Of a stretch of 64,000 bases of DNA, positions 24,441 to 37,995 are shown in pieces. Made by a program: the position numbers and the translations under genes. The notes beneath the pieces were generated by a model. It was given only the letters and a program-made list of their open reading frames with translations. It did no database searches and was not told the DNA's origin. This DNA comes from Dicyema japonicum (taxonomy: Eukaryota; Animalia; Dicyemida), in NCBI GenBank assembly GCA_011109175.1, contig RDEW01000004.1, forward strand, positions 205,842 through 269,841, in the 5' to 3' direction. Position 1 is the stretch's first letter. Every line of letters begins with the position of its first letter.

Positions 24441-25417
24441 ATGGATATCTACGACGAATTCATCCAAGAGCCTTACATTTCTCAGTGCTTTATGAACATC
24501 CGTCGTATAGGCTACGGAGCATTCACTCTGGTAACTATAAATAACGAAAAATCAGATTTGGTCTGCCAAATCCAAAAAAGACGGAAAAAACTACGCCATA
24601 AAGATGTCGTTCCGTCCATACCTAGATTCCTTTGAAGAGTGACTTATTCCCTCACAATTTAGGGAAGAACGACTGAGGGAGATAAAAACCATGTCTAAAA
24701 TATCTCACAGAAACTGTGTCTCTTTTCATTCGGCCTTCGTAGAACTCGGACAGCACTATATTCAGATGGAGCTCTGCCAACTAAGGTCACGAATTTTATT
24801 ATTCTAGTCTCACCAGAATGATCTTCCTGAGAGCGGACTACCACCGAGGGGATCTCATTGGTCGGGACATTTTCGCCGACTTGGCAAGGGTGGGAGTTTC
24901 AGTGATTTTCAGGCTGTGTTGTATTTGTTCTCCGTCGACATAATTCATATGGACGTTTCTCCAGACAACGTATTCTTCGGTTTCGACGGATTCTTCAAAC
25001 TAGGGGACTTTGGAGAGGTCGGAGAAATTGAGGAGACTAATTGGCAGTGCTGTCTCAGGAGAGTTGCTCGTTGTGTGATAAATGCGGTGTTTTATGTAGA
25101 AGGCTTCGATCCTTCCACTTCTGATGATAATTACGAGCTAATTCCGCGTTTCAGTGTTTGTTATTTCAGGCTTGAAACCTAAAAAATTACAAGGACACGT
25201 GAGGGATATGATCGAGGGGAATATGGCCCCTGAAGATCTTGAAGGAACTGAAACACTGAAGGAAGAAGATTCTCGAATTGGAAGACCGTGTGAGTGGATT
25301 GTTGGTAATGGATATTCTGAGTTTTTTTCTGACCCCTCATACCCGTTCATTAGTCAGCGTGATCCCCTCACTGGATATTCAAATAATGGCTCTTATTTCC
25401 CTCTTTTGTTTAAATAG
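24441..25417 (+). CDS. PKMYT1: Myt1/Wee1-family kinase-like, degenerate C-lobe, micro-introns
   Basis: YISQCF..IRRIGYGAF..IWSAKSKKDGKNYAIK, RLREIK, HRNCVSF, YIQMELC, IIHMDVSPDNVF, FKLGDFG. Confidence 0.6.
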
Positions 25418-25926
25418 TGACTTTTTTGTACTTTTTTGATAAAATGGTTATTTTTGTCGAATTGTAATATCTCAGGAGGTTAGCTGATGGCGTAGGTCGA
25501 TCGCCTTTATTGCTTCAAACGTGGACTTAGGATACTCTAATGTTCCGAGTTTGTATCACAGATATTAAGAATCCTCAGCTTCATATGGAAATTTTGCAAT
25601 GTTAGCGGAAATATAAATACTTCCTCAGGAACCGACTAGTCTTCTCATGCCCTGTTTCCCATTAGGAAGCCCGCCGCTCCAGAGATCCTTACTTTCACAT
25701 ACTAGTGCTCCAGTGCAAGTAAAAAATCTCGAATCTCTTTTCCACCCAGAAATAAACTACACTTTAACCGAACCCCTTCCAGCCTAACGAGCCTTGGGGC
25801 AGCGCTGGAAATATGCTCGCAAAATCAAGCCTATAAATTTCGCATTTCTTTCGAATATTATTATTAGCCGATTTGAACGAGTAATTCAAAAGTAGTAAAA
25901 TCTGTTTCCTTGACAACATCCAAGAT

Positions 25927-27284
25927 ATGCTTGATGAAATTGAAAGAATATATGATGCGAACAACACTAATGGATGGTCAAACTTCTACAGAGTAGTCGA
26001 ATATCCCATAAACCGTAGAGGAGAATCAATGAGTTCACCCAAACGTATTCCAACGACATCCCAGATTCCGACAGTTTGCACAAAAATAGAGGACGGAATA
26101 GATTCTACGACATTCGGCCTTGTTTGTACTTTGATTTGATCTTAGCCGATCAAAATAGAGTAAGGCTAAATGACGTCACCAACGACTACATCAATGCTAA
26201 CTTTATCAATGTCCCCAAAGTTAATCGGAGGTACATTCTAACTCAGGTGAGCTTGAAACTCACCACAGGCTCCAATGGTCAAGACTGCTGGGCACTTCTG
26301 GTTAATGGCTCTCCAAAACAATTCCCGCTCAATAATCATGCTGACAGAGTTTTCCGATAATAACGACGTTTTCCGTTAAATAACCTTAGACCATGTGTTG
26401 CCGTTATTTCCCAACTTGTGAGGACCGAAACCTCGACTTTCCCGATGAAAATATTTCCGTTGGATTTATTGGTCAGGTTGAGTACCGACATTTTGTGCTG
26501 CGGAATCTTCGAATTTTTTACAAGGTTTGATAACTTCCATATTCGAGGACCAATTCCAATGGGAGGTGACTCACTACCAGTACGACCATTGGCCCGATTT
26601 TGGGACGCCAGAAATTCCAGAAATTTTTATGGAATTTTTGGCTTTTATGGTCTTTAACGGTGATCTGGATCGGGCCAAGATGCCGATCATTCACTGTACA
26701 GGTGGAGTGGGGCGTTCCGGGGCTTTGGTACTTGTCGATTCAACAATCCTGGAAGTAATTTCCTTTTCAATTCCAGATTCAAGTGGCCGTTCAAACCGGG
26801 TCCTCGGGGGGAATCGACATCGAAAGAAACTTGACAGATCTGCGGAGACAACAATTCCATTTAGTAAAATCCTATTCTCAGCATTTTTTCTGCTACCAAG
26901 CAATACTGATGGCGGGTAAACTAATTGTTGGGGGAAGCGACTGGATTGAACACGTGTGAATATTTTTTCTCTAAGTTATTTTGTAGTATTTGGAAAATGG
27001 CCCGTTTGAGCTCCCAATAAGTCAAAGAAGAGGGTTCTCCGGCAAGAAAAGTGATCTATGGGACGAGGCCGACTCATCTGATGAGGAACTGATCTACAGG
27101 TTGTGAGAATTTAGACTTTATGTTCAGAATTGAGGATGAGGAGTCTGATGAAGTGATAAACGAGTCAATCAGAGAGAACGTCTACAGTGCTTTGGATGAT
27201 ACTAGAAAGTGGAGAATCGGACGTAAATGGTGGATTCTCTGCGCATTCTCGTCATTGGCGGTACTTTGGTGGCTCTTTCTTTGA
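25927..27284 (+). CDS. PTPN1: PTP1B/TC-PTP-like non-receptor tyrosine phosphatase with C-terminal tail anchor; ~9 introns, mostly 22-26 nt
   Basis: KNRGRNRFYDIRP, DYINANFI, YILTQAP, HFWLM, WPDFGTP, IIHCTGGVGRSG; hydrophobic end KWWILCAFSSLAVLWWLFL*. Confidence 0.88.
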
Positions 27285-27371
27285 CATTCGATTACCATTT
27301 GCTAACGACTACCGAATAAATCAATGATTAAGCCATTCCTATTTTTATTGGGGACAGGTTATGAGGAAAGA

Positions 27372-28127
27372 TTAGTTAGCTACTCTAGCCTCCTTAGCAA
27401 ATAAGAGGTCGACTAAAACCCCTAACCGGAACTGATGGGTCTGTCGATTTAAACATATCTCCGCCTTATTAAAGCTAATTTCATTTATGATTGAAATCAG
27501 TGGAATCTTAAGGTTGAGATAACGTACCTCCACTGCATGAGATGTCTCGTTCCCTTTGAGATAGATATCTCCGTTCTCCTTCACGTGTGAATTGATGAAA
27601 TGATGTGCGAAGTTTTGGAACGAAGAACAATAGATTCGGATCTTGTGGACATTAGAAATTCTTACATTATTTCAGCATACTAGTTCCCTCGGTCGCTAAC
27701 ACAAAGACACTAGCTACTCCAACCTCACAAGTCCATCCAGAAGAGTTCTTGTTAGAGTTATGAGGATCTCTTCAAAAATGACCCAATGAAATAAAGAAAT
27801 TCAAAGCCAAACTAAACACGTGATCTTGAAACCCTGCAGCAGTGACATCATCTTATACCAAGTGTCTCTCTCGAGTCCACAAATACGTCGTACAACCGTA
27901 TTCTGATAGGACGTTAGCTTTCAAATGTGATATTAGTGAAGAAAAGATTCTCGCAAAAATCTATTTAAGATGTTCAACGTGTTGATAGCCCATTTCCCGT
28001 TCCGATGTCTACAAATACAAGATCCTTGATATGTGCTGATGACGTATAAAGATCGTGAATGACCTTGAGAGGAGACTAAATGTATATATGGAAGAGATAA
28101 GAGACCGTCTCCGAAACTGGAGAACAT
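27372..28127 (-). CDS. Class I SAM-dependent methyltransferase, family unassigned; exon structure uncertain
   Basis: Motif I LVFVDIGTGNG followed by RICGLERD; several candidate micro-introns. Confidence 0.4.
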
Positions 28128-28261
28128 GCAATAAAGGAAGGTTGCTAATAGTTGAAATATTAACTTTTTCGGTTGGCTAAATAAAGTGTTTATAAAAAAA
28201 TTATATTTATAATTATTAAAAAATAAATTTAAATTTTTCAATTCAATTGAACTGTCGTGCA

Positions 28262-29114
28262 ATGTCTGGTGACGTTGATTCGGATGTTACAAAAACGTTA
28301 GAAATACTCGAAAATATGAAAAGTGCTCTTCCAGAAGTAACGTCAGCATTAAACGCCGCATTCGATTATATAAAAAACGTGCCTACAACGGCAAAAGTAA
28401 CCATTTAAGTCTACTCAAGGGTATAAGTCTTCTCGACTTGAAGAATCTCTGTATGTCGCTATATATCAACAACCTCCTGCAAATAATATCTCTGAAATGT
28501 TCAGGAAAGTCAATTAATGGGAGTCCTGTTGTCATGAATCTCGCTGAACTTCGAATAGTATACGTGCATCTAATTGGTAGACTTTGGAGAGAATATTCCC
28601 TTTGGAAAGGAAACTGGAATATTATCTCAAGAAAATCGTCAGTCAACCCAACGTTGCTCAAAAGGGGGACCCTTTTGTCCACAAACCTCGACTGGACTAC
28701 CTGGAAGAGGATCAAAATGAAGGAGAGAAGCCAAAAGTCTATGTTCCACCAAAAAAGTCGTCCTTCGACGTGTCTTCGAGTTGGGATTTGCTTATTTTTT
28801 TCGCAGAGAAATCGAAACGTGACAAATCGGGATATAATTATGATTCTGAGATGTTCAGGACTCCGACTGAGGAGGTTGAGGATGTCCCGCCTGAGGAAAT
28901 AATCGAATATGGACATCAGCACGTTTCCAGACAGGAAAAGGCCAGAGAGACCTTCGAACAGGAGAATCTGAGACGAGTCGTTGTGTCAAAGAAGGAGAAA
29001 GTCAAAAAGGGAGACCGCAAGTCGTTCTTGAATCAGGAATTTGATGATATTTTGAATTTTGGGAAGAGAAAGTCACGTGGTAAAACTAAGACTAAGAAAC
29101 GACAGAGTTTGTGA
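28262..29114 (+). CDS. NGDN: Neuroguidin (Sas10/Utp3/C1D family), two 23-nt introns
   Basis: KGISLLDLKNLCMSLYI...ELRITLERIFPLERKLEYYLKK...VYVPPK...EQENLRRV; frame intact after splicing. Confidence 0.88.
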
Positions 29115-29204
29115 GGGTTTATATTTTAGAGCGAACTGATGATGATTAAGTTATTTTATTTAAAATATTGTTTTTTCTTTTAAATTCTATTATTATTATT
29201 GGTA

Positions 29205-29530
29205 GTTTGGTGGTTAACGTGTCCATTGTCTTGGATTTTATTCTCCCACTTGCGGGTTTCTCCTGCTTATTTTCACGTGTTATGTATGCTATAGTTGCGT
29301 CGTGTGATCCACCTGTTGTAGGTGATGCTAGTGATGGGATGACATGAAAAACGATTATCTTCTCTTTTCCATTGCATTGGAGTGCTTGCTACAGACTTGA
29401 TCTCTTCGTTCCCTTCCACTGGTTCTGGGTTGATTTGTGTGAAATTGGAAAAGCCTTCTTTTTGTGAGCGTGGGAACTGGAGACATTTAATTAGTTGTTA
29501 GCTATAACTTCTTTCTAAGGTATCCGAGTT
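29205..29530 (+). mobile_element. Diverged copy of SINE-like family A
   Basis: Shared blocks gtgatccacctgt..taggtga and taattagttgtt..taacttctttct..gtatccg. Confidence 0.55.
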
Positions 29531-29539
29531 GTGGTTGCT

Positions 29540-30926
29540 CTATAAAACGACATGGTTTTAATATTTTGGAGGAAGCTTGAAAGGACATTGAGGAAACGTC
29601 CTGTTTGTCTTGGGGATCTGGAACATTTAATTTGTCGTCCTTTTTGGTGTTCTTGGAGTTTACGAATGGGGGTCATTCCTTTTCTTGAGAGGGAATATTC
29701 TGGGACTGTCGTTCATATATTATGAATCTTTTGTATCTCCCATGTCATGAAGCGTGGGAGATACACCATTTTTATGCGTTAAACTAAGACTTTGAATGAT
29801 TTTAATAGTTGACCTCGTAATTAATCATTTTAATCAGAATTTAAGTTTTTATCACAAAAAATGCATATTAAATCTTAATACTGACCATAGCTTCCTATGA
29901 CCAGATGGCCCAGTGTGATGAGTTCCGGACCAAAATCCAGTGGCTCGGGTTCCGAATCTTGCTGCTATCCATTCGGTTGAAGGTTCCACGCATCTAAGAT
30001 GCTACAGGCTTAAGTTAAAAACGTAAGAGATATCCAGGTTACAACAATGAGGGGCAATTATAGTTCTAGAAATCGAAGAAAAATCTCGTTGAACGACTGC
30101 AAGCCTCGCAACCATTTTTGACGATTAGTCTGATCTTCAAGGTGATAACTCTGAGGTGAACCAAAATACATACATGTGTTAAAGCAATTTTTTAAAAATT
30201 CTTTCATCGAGATTGATGAACACGTGGAGGTTCGCCCATCGAAATCTGGAATAACTGGGGAGATCACTTGAGTTTGGACGATGAATAAGACTGATTTGCA
30301 GGCCTGATCTGGAGCTAGAGCCCACCCGAGAACATATGGGCCACTGTCTATCTCCGGATGACACGAGGGCGTCGTTAAAGTGACGGTGAGGAAGGATGCG
30401 GCCTGGATTCACGCTTCTTTGGTGACTTCCGAATACAAGGGATACCGATAGATCTTTCACCTCCACGAAATTTGATCTAATTTAAGAGATCTGTGTCTAA
30501 GCATGAGTTGCTTCAGCGTGGTTGAAGAGGCAAATTAGACAATCTCGATATTGCACAAACAGCAGCTTTGGATAACCGCAGGAGTGGGAGCGGACTCAGG
30601 TGTTTGCTATCTCATAGGTCTCGCAGTAAAAAATATACTTCAATGGAACAACAACTGCGAATTTTTTTGTTTGCGAGATTATCAGGATTTTTCCAAACAG
30701 AATTCAGCTCTTCTGTTTTTGAAACATCGCTACAGAAAACGCGCTAATTAATGCACAGCCCACGTATGTTTATACATATACAGTTAACTTCTAACACAAT
30801 GACCGGTGCTTCGTGGTCTCCGAAATGATTTGTATCAAAAAGATCATTTTCAAACCATTTGGTGACCGATTGTGGAAAAATAACCTTATAAAAGACAATA
30901 TCAGGGACATACACACTATAATGCAA
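29540..30926 (-). CDS. Unidentified intron-rich gene (possible PH-like segment)
   Basis: Alternating open frames with GT..AG micro-intron candidates; segment EDQTNRQKWLRGL; no family recognised. Confidence 0.25.
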
Positions 30927-31369
30927 TCAAAAAACATTTGAACTCGGGTCCTATGTCACCAGACGCTTTTTTGTTCAGAACGTCGGGTTTCCAATGTCTC
31001 CAGAGTCCTGCCACCTCGTCCATACTTATAAGAAAAGAAGACAAGGGTTTTCATGAAGTTGAAATTTCCCGCGATAGAGGTCACTTGGGTAATTGGTCTA
31101 TGATGGCGATGATAATCCAAAGACATAGAAAAAATCTAAATCGTTGAATTCAGCTAAGAAAATTTTCGAAATTTAAAGCAAAGGCAAACAGATAATTTAA
31201 AACAGTGTTTCTCAACCGCGGCCCGCTTAGTCCCTCTAATTAGCCAGCCCTCTAATTGGCCAATTATCAAACCAACAGTGAATGATTCTATAGAATAGTC
31301 TACCAATATGAAGTAGTTAGCAAAATACATAGACCAATCGGCTGTCTGGAAGAGCCTTCTCTCGCGGTT

Positions 31370-31740
31370 GCATGCAAACGTGTCTTAAAGTTGCTGGTTT
31401 CCCTTTCATTGAGTTTATCAAGGATATGGGAAAGACCAGACGGAATGACAATTTTTCATGTACAAAGGAAGCTCTCTCCAATGGGATGTTACTTGTGTTG
31501 ATACCTTTTCCCTGACAAATATGATACCCAGTCCATACTCTGACTGTTATACCACTGACTCTGCCGAACGGAGGAAGCTGGTTAAATACTCTAGGCATGG
31601 GAACTTTTTCCGCTTCTTCCCATTTGCGTTTGAGACTTGAGCCGAAACAGATCTGTCGCACGAGGTGTCCCCGAGAGATTGAAAGCGCAATCTCGTCATG
31701 GCTGGGAGATTTTCAGGAGTAACGTCCCTTAAGAACTTGG
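31370..31740 (+). mobile_element. Decayed CRE-like RLE 3' fragment
   Basis: LKVAGFP...RPDGMTIF...SLQWDVTCVDTFS...FFPFAFET. Confidence 0.6.
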
Positions 31741-32827
31741 CTGCTTAAAACATTGAGATTAAGGGGGATACTCTCACTCCGTTGAGTACCTTCAAAATTT
31801 ACTCTCCCAATTAATCAATTCTCCAAAATGACTTAAAAATAATTAAGGGGGAATATTACTACAACATACATTAAATCATATTAACTACCATCCTATATAA
31901 GCTGCTTCTGAAGGGTGATCTCAATTTCTTTCAATTTGGTGATCCTCAAGAACCGGATCCTTCGTGCATCCGACACTTCATTTGTACAGAACTTCCGGTT
32001 TCCAATGTCCCCTGAGTCTTCCACCTTGTCTATGCTCAAGGAGAAAGAAGAAAAGGACTTGGATTCACCATGAAGCTAAGTAGACATTTCATGCGATAAA
32101 GGTCACCACAGCAACACCGATCACTGGGCTTACTGGTGAAGAATAATAAAAGCAATAACTCCCTAGAAACTCCCTAAGAGACTCAATTTACCTTAACAGA
32201 GGGATATTTCATTAAAACAACCGAAACATATTAGTTGTAGTGAGTATTAGTTAAAGTTAGGTTATTTCTTAATATTCCACCAGACAAAAAGGTTAACAAA
32301 AAAAATTTTAAACTCAGGTTTATTTAACCAACCAGAAAGTTAATATCTACAATTACCTTCATCGCCTGTCTGTTCGCTAGCCTCCTCAGGTAGGTTCGAA
32401 TCTGGTTGGTGAAACAACTCTGAGAGTGCCTCATGTATTTATTAATCGACCACAAAAAATACTGAAGTTTTATTTACATGTGACGTATATTGTCGACGAC
32501 TTATGGTCGACGTATAGGTTGTCCGATGCTCTAAAAAAACGTTATGAAGGCTTTTTAAGTTGATCCTTTCCATCAAATTATTATATTGTAATTCAATCAA
32601 CGCCTTCACATTTACTAGCCCACCATCATCAACACTATACTCTGCAGACAAAAAAAGGTCTGATAGTGCCTAGGTGAGTTGCCCGTGTTATCTCGGTCGT
32701 TATTATGGCGTGCTTCCGAGCAGACACACTTGACCCAGCTATCAGGTTGTCGTACATTCGCATCATGATAAACTCACTTAGTTGGACTACTCCACACAGT
32801 CCACTGCCGAGTTTATTGCGGTAAATA

Positions 32828-32945
32828 CACTCGACCCTCGCAAATTGGCCATTTTTGATTCCTTAGAATTTTGTGGCCAATTTCATAAAATAAACTCAAT
32901 AATTTTGAAGAACAATGAACGAAGAATTTAAAAAAATGCCTTAAA
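32828..32945. mobile_element. Solo end of the pogo-like family seen at 18802-19532
   Basis: TA|CACTCGACCCTCGCAAATTGGCC; ~115 bp matching the reverse complement of 19420-19532. Confidence 0.65.
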
Positions 32946-33014
32946 TCAAGGGTTCCCAACCTTTTTTCATAAATTCTGCACCCCAAGAACATTTTCAATT
33001 TATATTAGAGGGAC

Positions 33015-33530
33015 CACGTCATGCCGCTCTGAATGATGTGATCGTCAGAGCTCTGAAGGCTTCAGGCTTCCCAGCACAGCTTGAACCAGTGGGTCTTGAT
33101 CGAGGAGATGGGAAGAGACCTGACGGGATGACCCTTTTCCCCTTCACGTCTGGAAGATCTTTGGTCTGGGACGCAACTTGCATAGACACGTTCTCAAGCA
33201 CGAACATTTTTAAATCTGTTCAGACACCTGGAGCAGCTGCTTCGACCGCGGAAAACCTAAAAATCAAGAAATATTCTTGCCTCGGGGATCGCTACCGATT
33301 TACTCCTGTTGCGACCGAATCATCGGGAGCCGTTGGTCCAATGACGGCTGAATTCTTGCAAGAACTCGGAGGATTGCTTGCCAGAAAGAAAAGGGATCAA
33401 CGAGAAGGGTTATGGCTAAGACAAAAGATTGGAATAGCCATACTCCGAGGGAACTCGTTCGCAATCCTTCCTCAACTGACAGGCTTCCTCAACTGACATT
33501 TGTTTAATTGTTAAAAAAAATTTTATTATT
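33015..33530 (+). mobile_element. 5'-truncated CRE-like retrotransposon (intact RLE frame)
   Basis: HAALNDVIVRALKASGFPAQLEPVGL..DGKRPDGMT...LVWDATC...FTPVATES...QKIGIAILRGN; A-rich tail. Confidence 0.85.
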
Positions 33531-33665
33531 AAAAAAAAATTATATTATTATTATTTAAACCAAAAGTTTGCTAATCTATAAAAAATAAAAAAATTTAACA
33601 ATCAAACACAATTATTATTAACCCAAGAACACCAATAGTTAATTTAATAACTAAATTAAGTGATC

Positions 33666-34000
33666 TCAAGACCCAAAAAGTGGGGTTGTACTCTTTGTAA
33701 AAAGTTTTGATTCCTGGATAAGGCAAATGTCAATATTGTACTTCGATAATAGACATAGTAACTCCAGAATCTTTGTTTTTATACCGTTAGCATTAAGTTG
33801 CATAATACCAAGGGGTTTTGGTCCAGGGGTTTGTTCAATATCTCCAGAAAGCAATAGAATCCAGGGGAACAAACAACATCTCGAGTTTCCGGTTGAGGTT
33901 CACCATCCAGGAAAACGAGGAGTCTGGATAGGGAAGAGAAAATGGTTCTTTTTGGTGAAATTCGACTCTGAGCGCATGACGCCACACTAACATTTTCGCA
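33666..34000 (-). mobile_element. 5' fragment of APE-type LINE with a 2A-like motif before the endonuclease
   Basis: WILLLSGDIEQTPGP followed by IMQLNANGIKTK...IDICLIQESKL. Confidence 0.7.
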
Positions 34001-34215
34001 CGAGTAATGAAGCGTCATAAGAAAAATATTATAAAAAACGTCAAAGTATCCAATCACGAAAGCATATAACAAAATAAATTTTATTTTAAAATATTCATTC
34101 ATAACAAAAATCAGAAAAGTATCCCTTCAACGTTTCAATATGTTCATTGTAAATCTGTTTAAGTGTTGAGTCTCGTCTACTTATTAACGAAGCTTTGATC
34201 TAATAGTTACTCATT

Positions 34216-37200
34216 CTATTGTACATTCTCAAAATATTCGTCCAAATGTTCATTTAATATTCTATACTCACCTTTGACAAACTCACAATGATTATTAAAC
34301 GCCTTTCTAAGCTCAACAATTACTCCAGAATTATCACTCCTATCTCTAATCAGATAAGTCATCCACTCACTTGTTTATTTTTTTGTACAAATGTTGTTTT
34401 TCGATATACATCCTGTCAGGAGAGGGCTGAACTTCAGAGTTACTATTTGAAATCTTTAGAAACACGCTTAGAATATCTTTGATTTGTTTGTCTTGGTGTT
34501 CGGATACTTTTTTCTTTGCAAGTTCATGCAGTTTTTTGTAGAGATTCGTGGCATAGCTACATTGGCTAATTTGATTGTAGTTCTTTTTGATAAGATTTGC
34601 TTTCCCAGTGGCGATCAAATCCTATAATAATAAAAAATAAGTAACAATCCAGTTTTCGGATATTTCACGACTCATTTTGAAAACGTTATGACTGTCAAAA
34701 TATTTGTCGACATCAAATTTATTGCGATCAATAACGGTTAAACTTCGCAGACTGAGGGAATTTGCGTCAATTGGATTGGGGAAGAGCATTTTCAACGTTG
34801 CTGACTTTCTATGAGTCTTTCGTCAATAAAAAATAAACTTGTACTTTCTCAGAAAAACAAATTCTTTCTTTTTTCATTGATGTGTATTTATTCATTAGAA
34901 TGCTTTCCGCTTTATTTTCTTCCTACATGTCATCGAATTATCATACGTCACAATTTTTGAGTCTCTTGGCATCGATTTGGGCCTCAATGGTTCTTCTCGA
35001 CTCAATGATGTCACTAGTTCTAAGAATATCCTCTATTCTTTTAATTTCCAAAAGTGATTCATCTAAGGTTATTCTTATTTAACTTTTCAGTTTGCTATTG
35101 AACGAAATGACCAATTCTTTTTGAGATTTGCCACCTAAAAATAAATTCCCACAAACTAATGGAAGAGTTGGTGGATTCGCCTTTGCGTATAATTTTGTTG
35201 TTTCCATTCTTTTTATTTATTTCATAATTATTTATTTTATTGGCTGATCCATCCAAATATTAAATTCAGCTTACCATTCTCAGAAAGACATCGGATCTCC
35301 TTTACATGAATAAACAGCCACTTGAGACTTTCATTTTGCCCAAAGGGGTTCTTTAGGGGAGAAAACGAAATCCTTTACAAATATTTTGATATACCTTGGA
35401 CAAGCAAGGGGACGGGAATCGTGTTCTGTCCATATACGACATTATTTTCGTCAAATACTACAAATCTGAGAAGAGCTAGTTCGGGGTAAATGATCTGCTC
35501 ATAACCTTAAAAGTACTCTCGAAATATAAATGTTTTCATTAAAAAATAGAAAATTTCCTCTTCCAGTTACGAATTTACCTGAGATAAATGACGTGGTGTC
35601 TTCGGCAAGTCCAATAATGTTAACCTTCCACGTAGCAGTGCACTTTTTAAGAGACATTAAGTTACAAGACAAAATCTGAATATTAAAATAAATAACTTTA
35701 ATTTCAAATGCACGTGGGATTATTCCATTAATTTTATTTTCTGTAGAAAAGTCAAAAGTTTGTCCATTTGTTCTGAGATACTTTGGCTTGAGTATATATC
35801 CACAACGTCCATTGAACTCAAATTTCGCAATGTTCAGCTGCATGGGTATATCTAAAAATAGGACTCTATGTCTACCGAGAGTCTGAAAGTTAAGGGCCAC
35901 CATTTGACAGCCCACGTTCCAAAATATCTGAATGGGATAAAATAAAATACCTGGGGGATATAGTTGGAGGAATTAACGCGAGTACTCTTTGGATATATTC
36001 TACTAATTTGGCGTTTGTTGTATCTAAAGTAATCAAAAAATAAACTCAATAAAGTCTTGTTGGTTTGTCTTTACGTGAATCTTGGCACTGGATTCGTTCA
36101 TTGAGAACATTTTGTAATATGTTTTGGCGGCTAAATCAAATTCATCTGTAATCTACCCATAGCCGTTTTGAATCCGTTAAATTTAATTGGCTGAACGTAA
36201 TTTATTAGTTTCGCCAATTCTATTTCTGCTTTAACTTCGTTTTTTGATGTGTCCTGGAATTTATAAGTTATGTACTTTTGCTTCGCATTTTTTGCATTCC
36301 GAGTCTCGGGAGTTATGACTCGCAGAAGAACAGAGAGAAATGTCATCATTTTCATAATCAGACTCATTTATAGAGTTTGTTTCAATTTTAGTATTTTCTG
36401 ATGGAGTTGCAGACTCTTTAGAATCTTCGGTCTTTTTGTTTTTAATCAAAATCTTTCCTTTCAAACGTTCGGGGAAGGCAGTGGCACATTTGGATCCAAC
36501 TAGAAAATCACTAATGAATATACCGGAATGTCATCAAATGGATCAGCAAGAAGTAAATCCCCCAAAATATCGCGACAGTATTGGGCCATTTTTGTTTGTT
36601 GTTTTGGACTATTTTATGAACAGACTCTACCTGCAATGGTTTTCAAATGACAATATCAGTGGATATTGACTGACCTTGAAGGCAGTCCCCCTGATAACTA
36701 TAAGTACATCCTATATTAAATCAATCAAATATGTACTCTAAAAAGTACTTCAGTGCACATGGTGTGTCCGTGAGTGATGATTGGTTCACCATCAGTCCCG
36801 TTCCAACAATCTAGCTCAATGCAACGACATCCACTCATAATAATGTATCTATATATTTCCACAGATGATTTCCCGGTTAATTGGTGTCCTTGTGGTCTAT
36901 ACAATAACTACACCTGTCAAATATGTGTTGTGAGAGGAATTTATGTAATATTCTGAGAGTGGATGATTCATGTTGCATTCTTTGGCACAAATGTCTCCTG
37001 TGATGACTGCATTGTCCTCTGAAATTAAATAATGAAAGACGCCCATTTTTGATATTTTATCTAATAATCCCAAACTATACTTTCGTTGACAATCTCTTGG
37101 TCGATTTCGTACTCTGAGATTATTTTGATTACCTCCTTCGGGTCAATTTTTCCTTGGTGTCCTTTTTGCATATTCAAGAAATCTAGAAATTCTCCAAAGT

Positions 37201-37995
37201 TCATGTAGTCATCGATAATGTCTCTAACAAATTGACTAACAAAAGTCTACAGGGAGGCAAATAAATGGTTTATGGCATTGAGTCCGTATATTTTGTAAAT
37301 AATCGTGAGAAGAGTTTCATATTTTAGTTCCTTAATTATGAATTTCTATGATAATAAATATGTAGACTCGTTTGAGTGTGATATCCAAATCTTGGAGAAT
37401 AGCATTTGAGTATTTTGTGTCCTCTGATAGGTTGAGAGAATCCCGCAAGCTTTAAAAGTTAATAAAATTAACTTTTTAGCGGTAAATAATTTTGGTTTCA
37501 TTAATATGGTTAATTTATTGTGCAATCGTCCAAGTCCGCATCCAACTGAAAAGTTCCTATTTGACGATCTTCTGAATATGTCAATGAGGGCAGAATTAAG
37601 CATCTTAGCTAATGATGGTAAGGAACCTTCGCGTATTCAAAGCATGGAAACCCAAAATCTAACTGCAAAACATCAACGAAACTAGATCCGTAGGTGATTG
37701 TAAGAAAGTTGAGTTTTTTATCAAGACCACGATCATACACAGTGTAAATCTATTATTAATAATTTTGGAATTACTTCAAGGTCAATGATTGTGGAGATGT
37801 CCAAATAAAATATGCTTTTCTATTCATGAAAGGACAGATTACATTATTTTCATCAAGTATCCAATACATAAAGTACCCTGAGTTATTAATTTTAATTATT
37901 CCGGGGGATCCTACGTAATTTGATCCCTATAATTGAGACAAATTAAGAACCTCCTTGTAGTAAATACATCTATATATACTTTGCTTCGGGATCAT
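34216..37995 (-). CDS. PLCB: Phospholipase C beta (PH, EF, X, Y, C2, coiled-coil), many micro-introns; ends approximate
   Basis: [89 protein letters not shown]. Confidence 0.9.

Noticed and set aside
30960-32130. Two similar ~150-bp segments (30960-31110, 31980-32130)
   Set aside because: Probably decayed APE fragments (IAGNFN-like on the minus strand); too degraded to classify.
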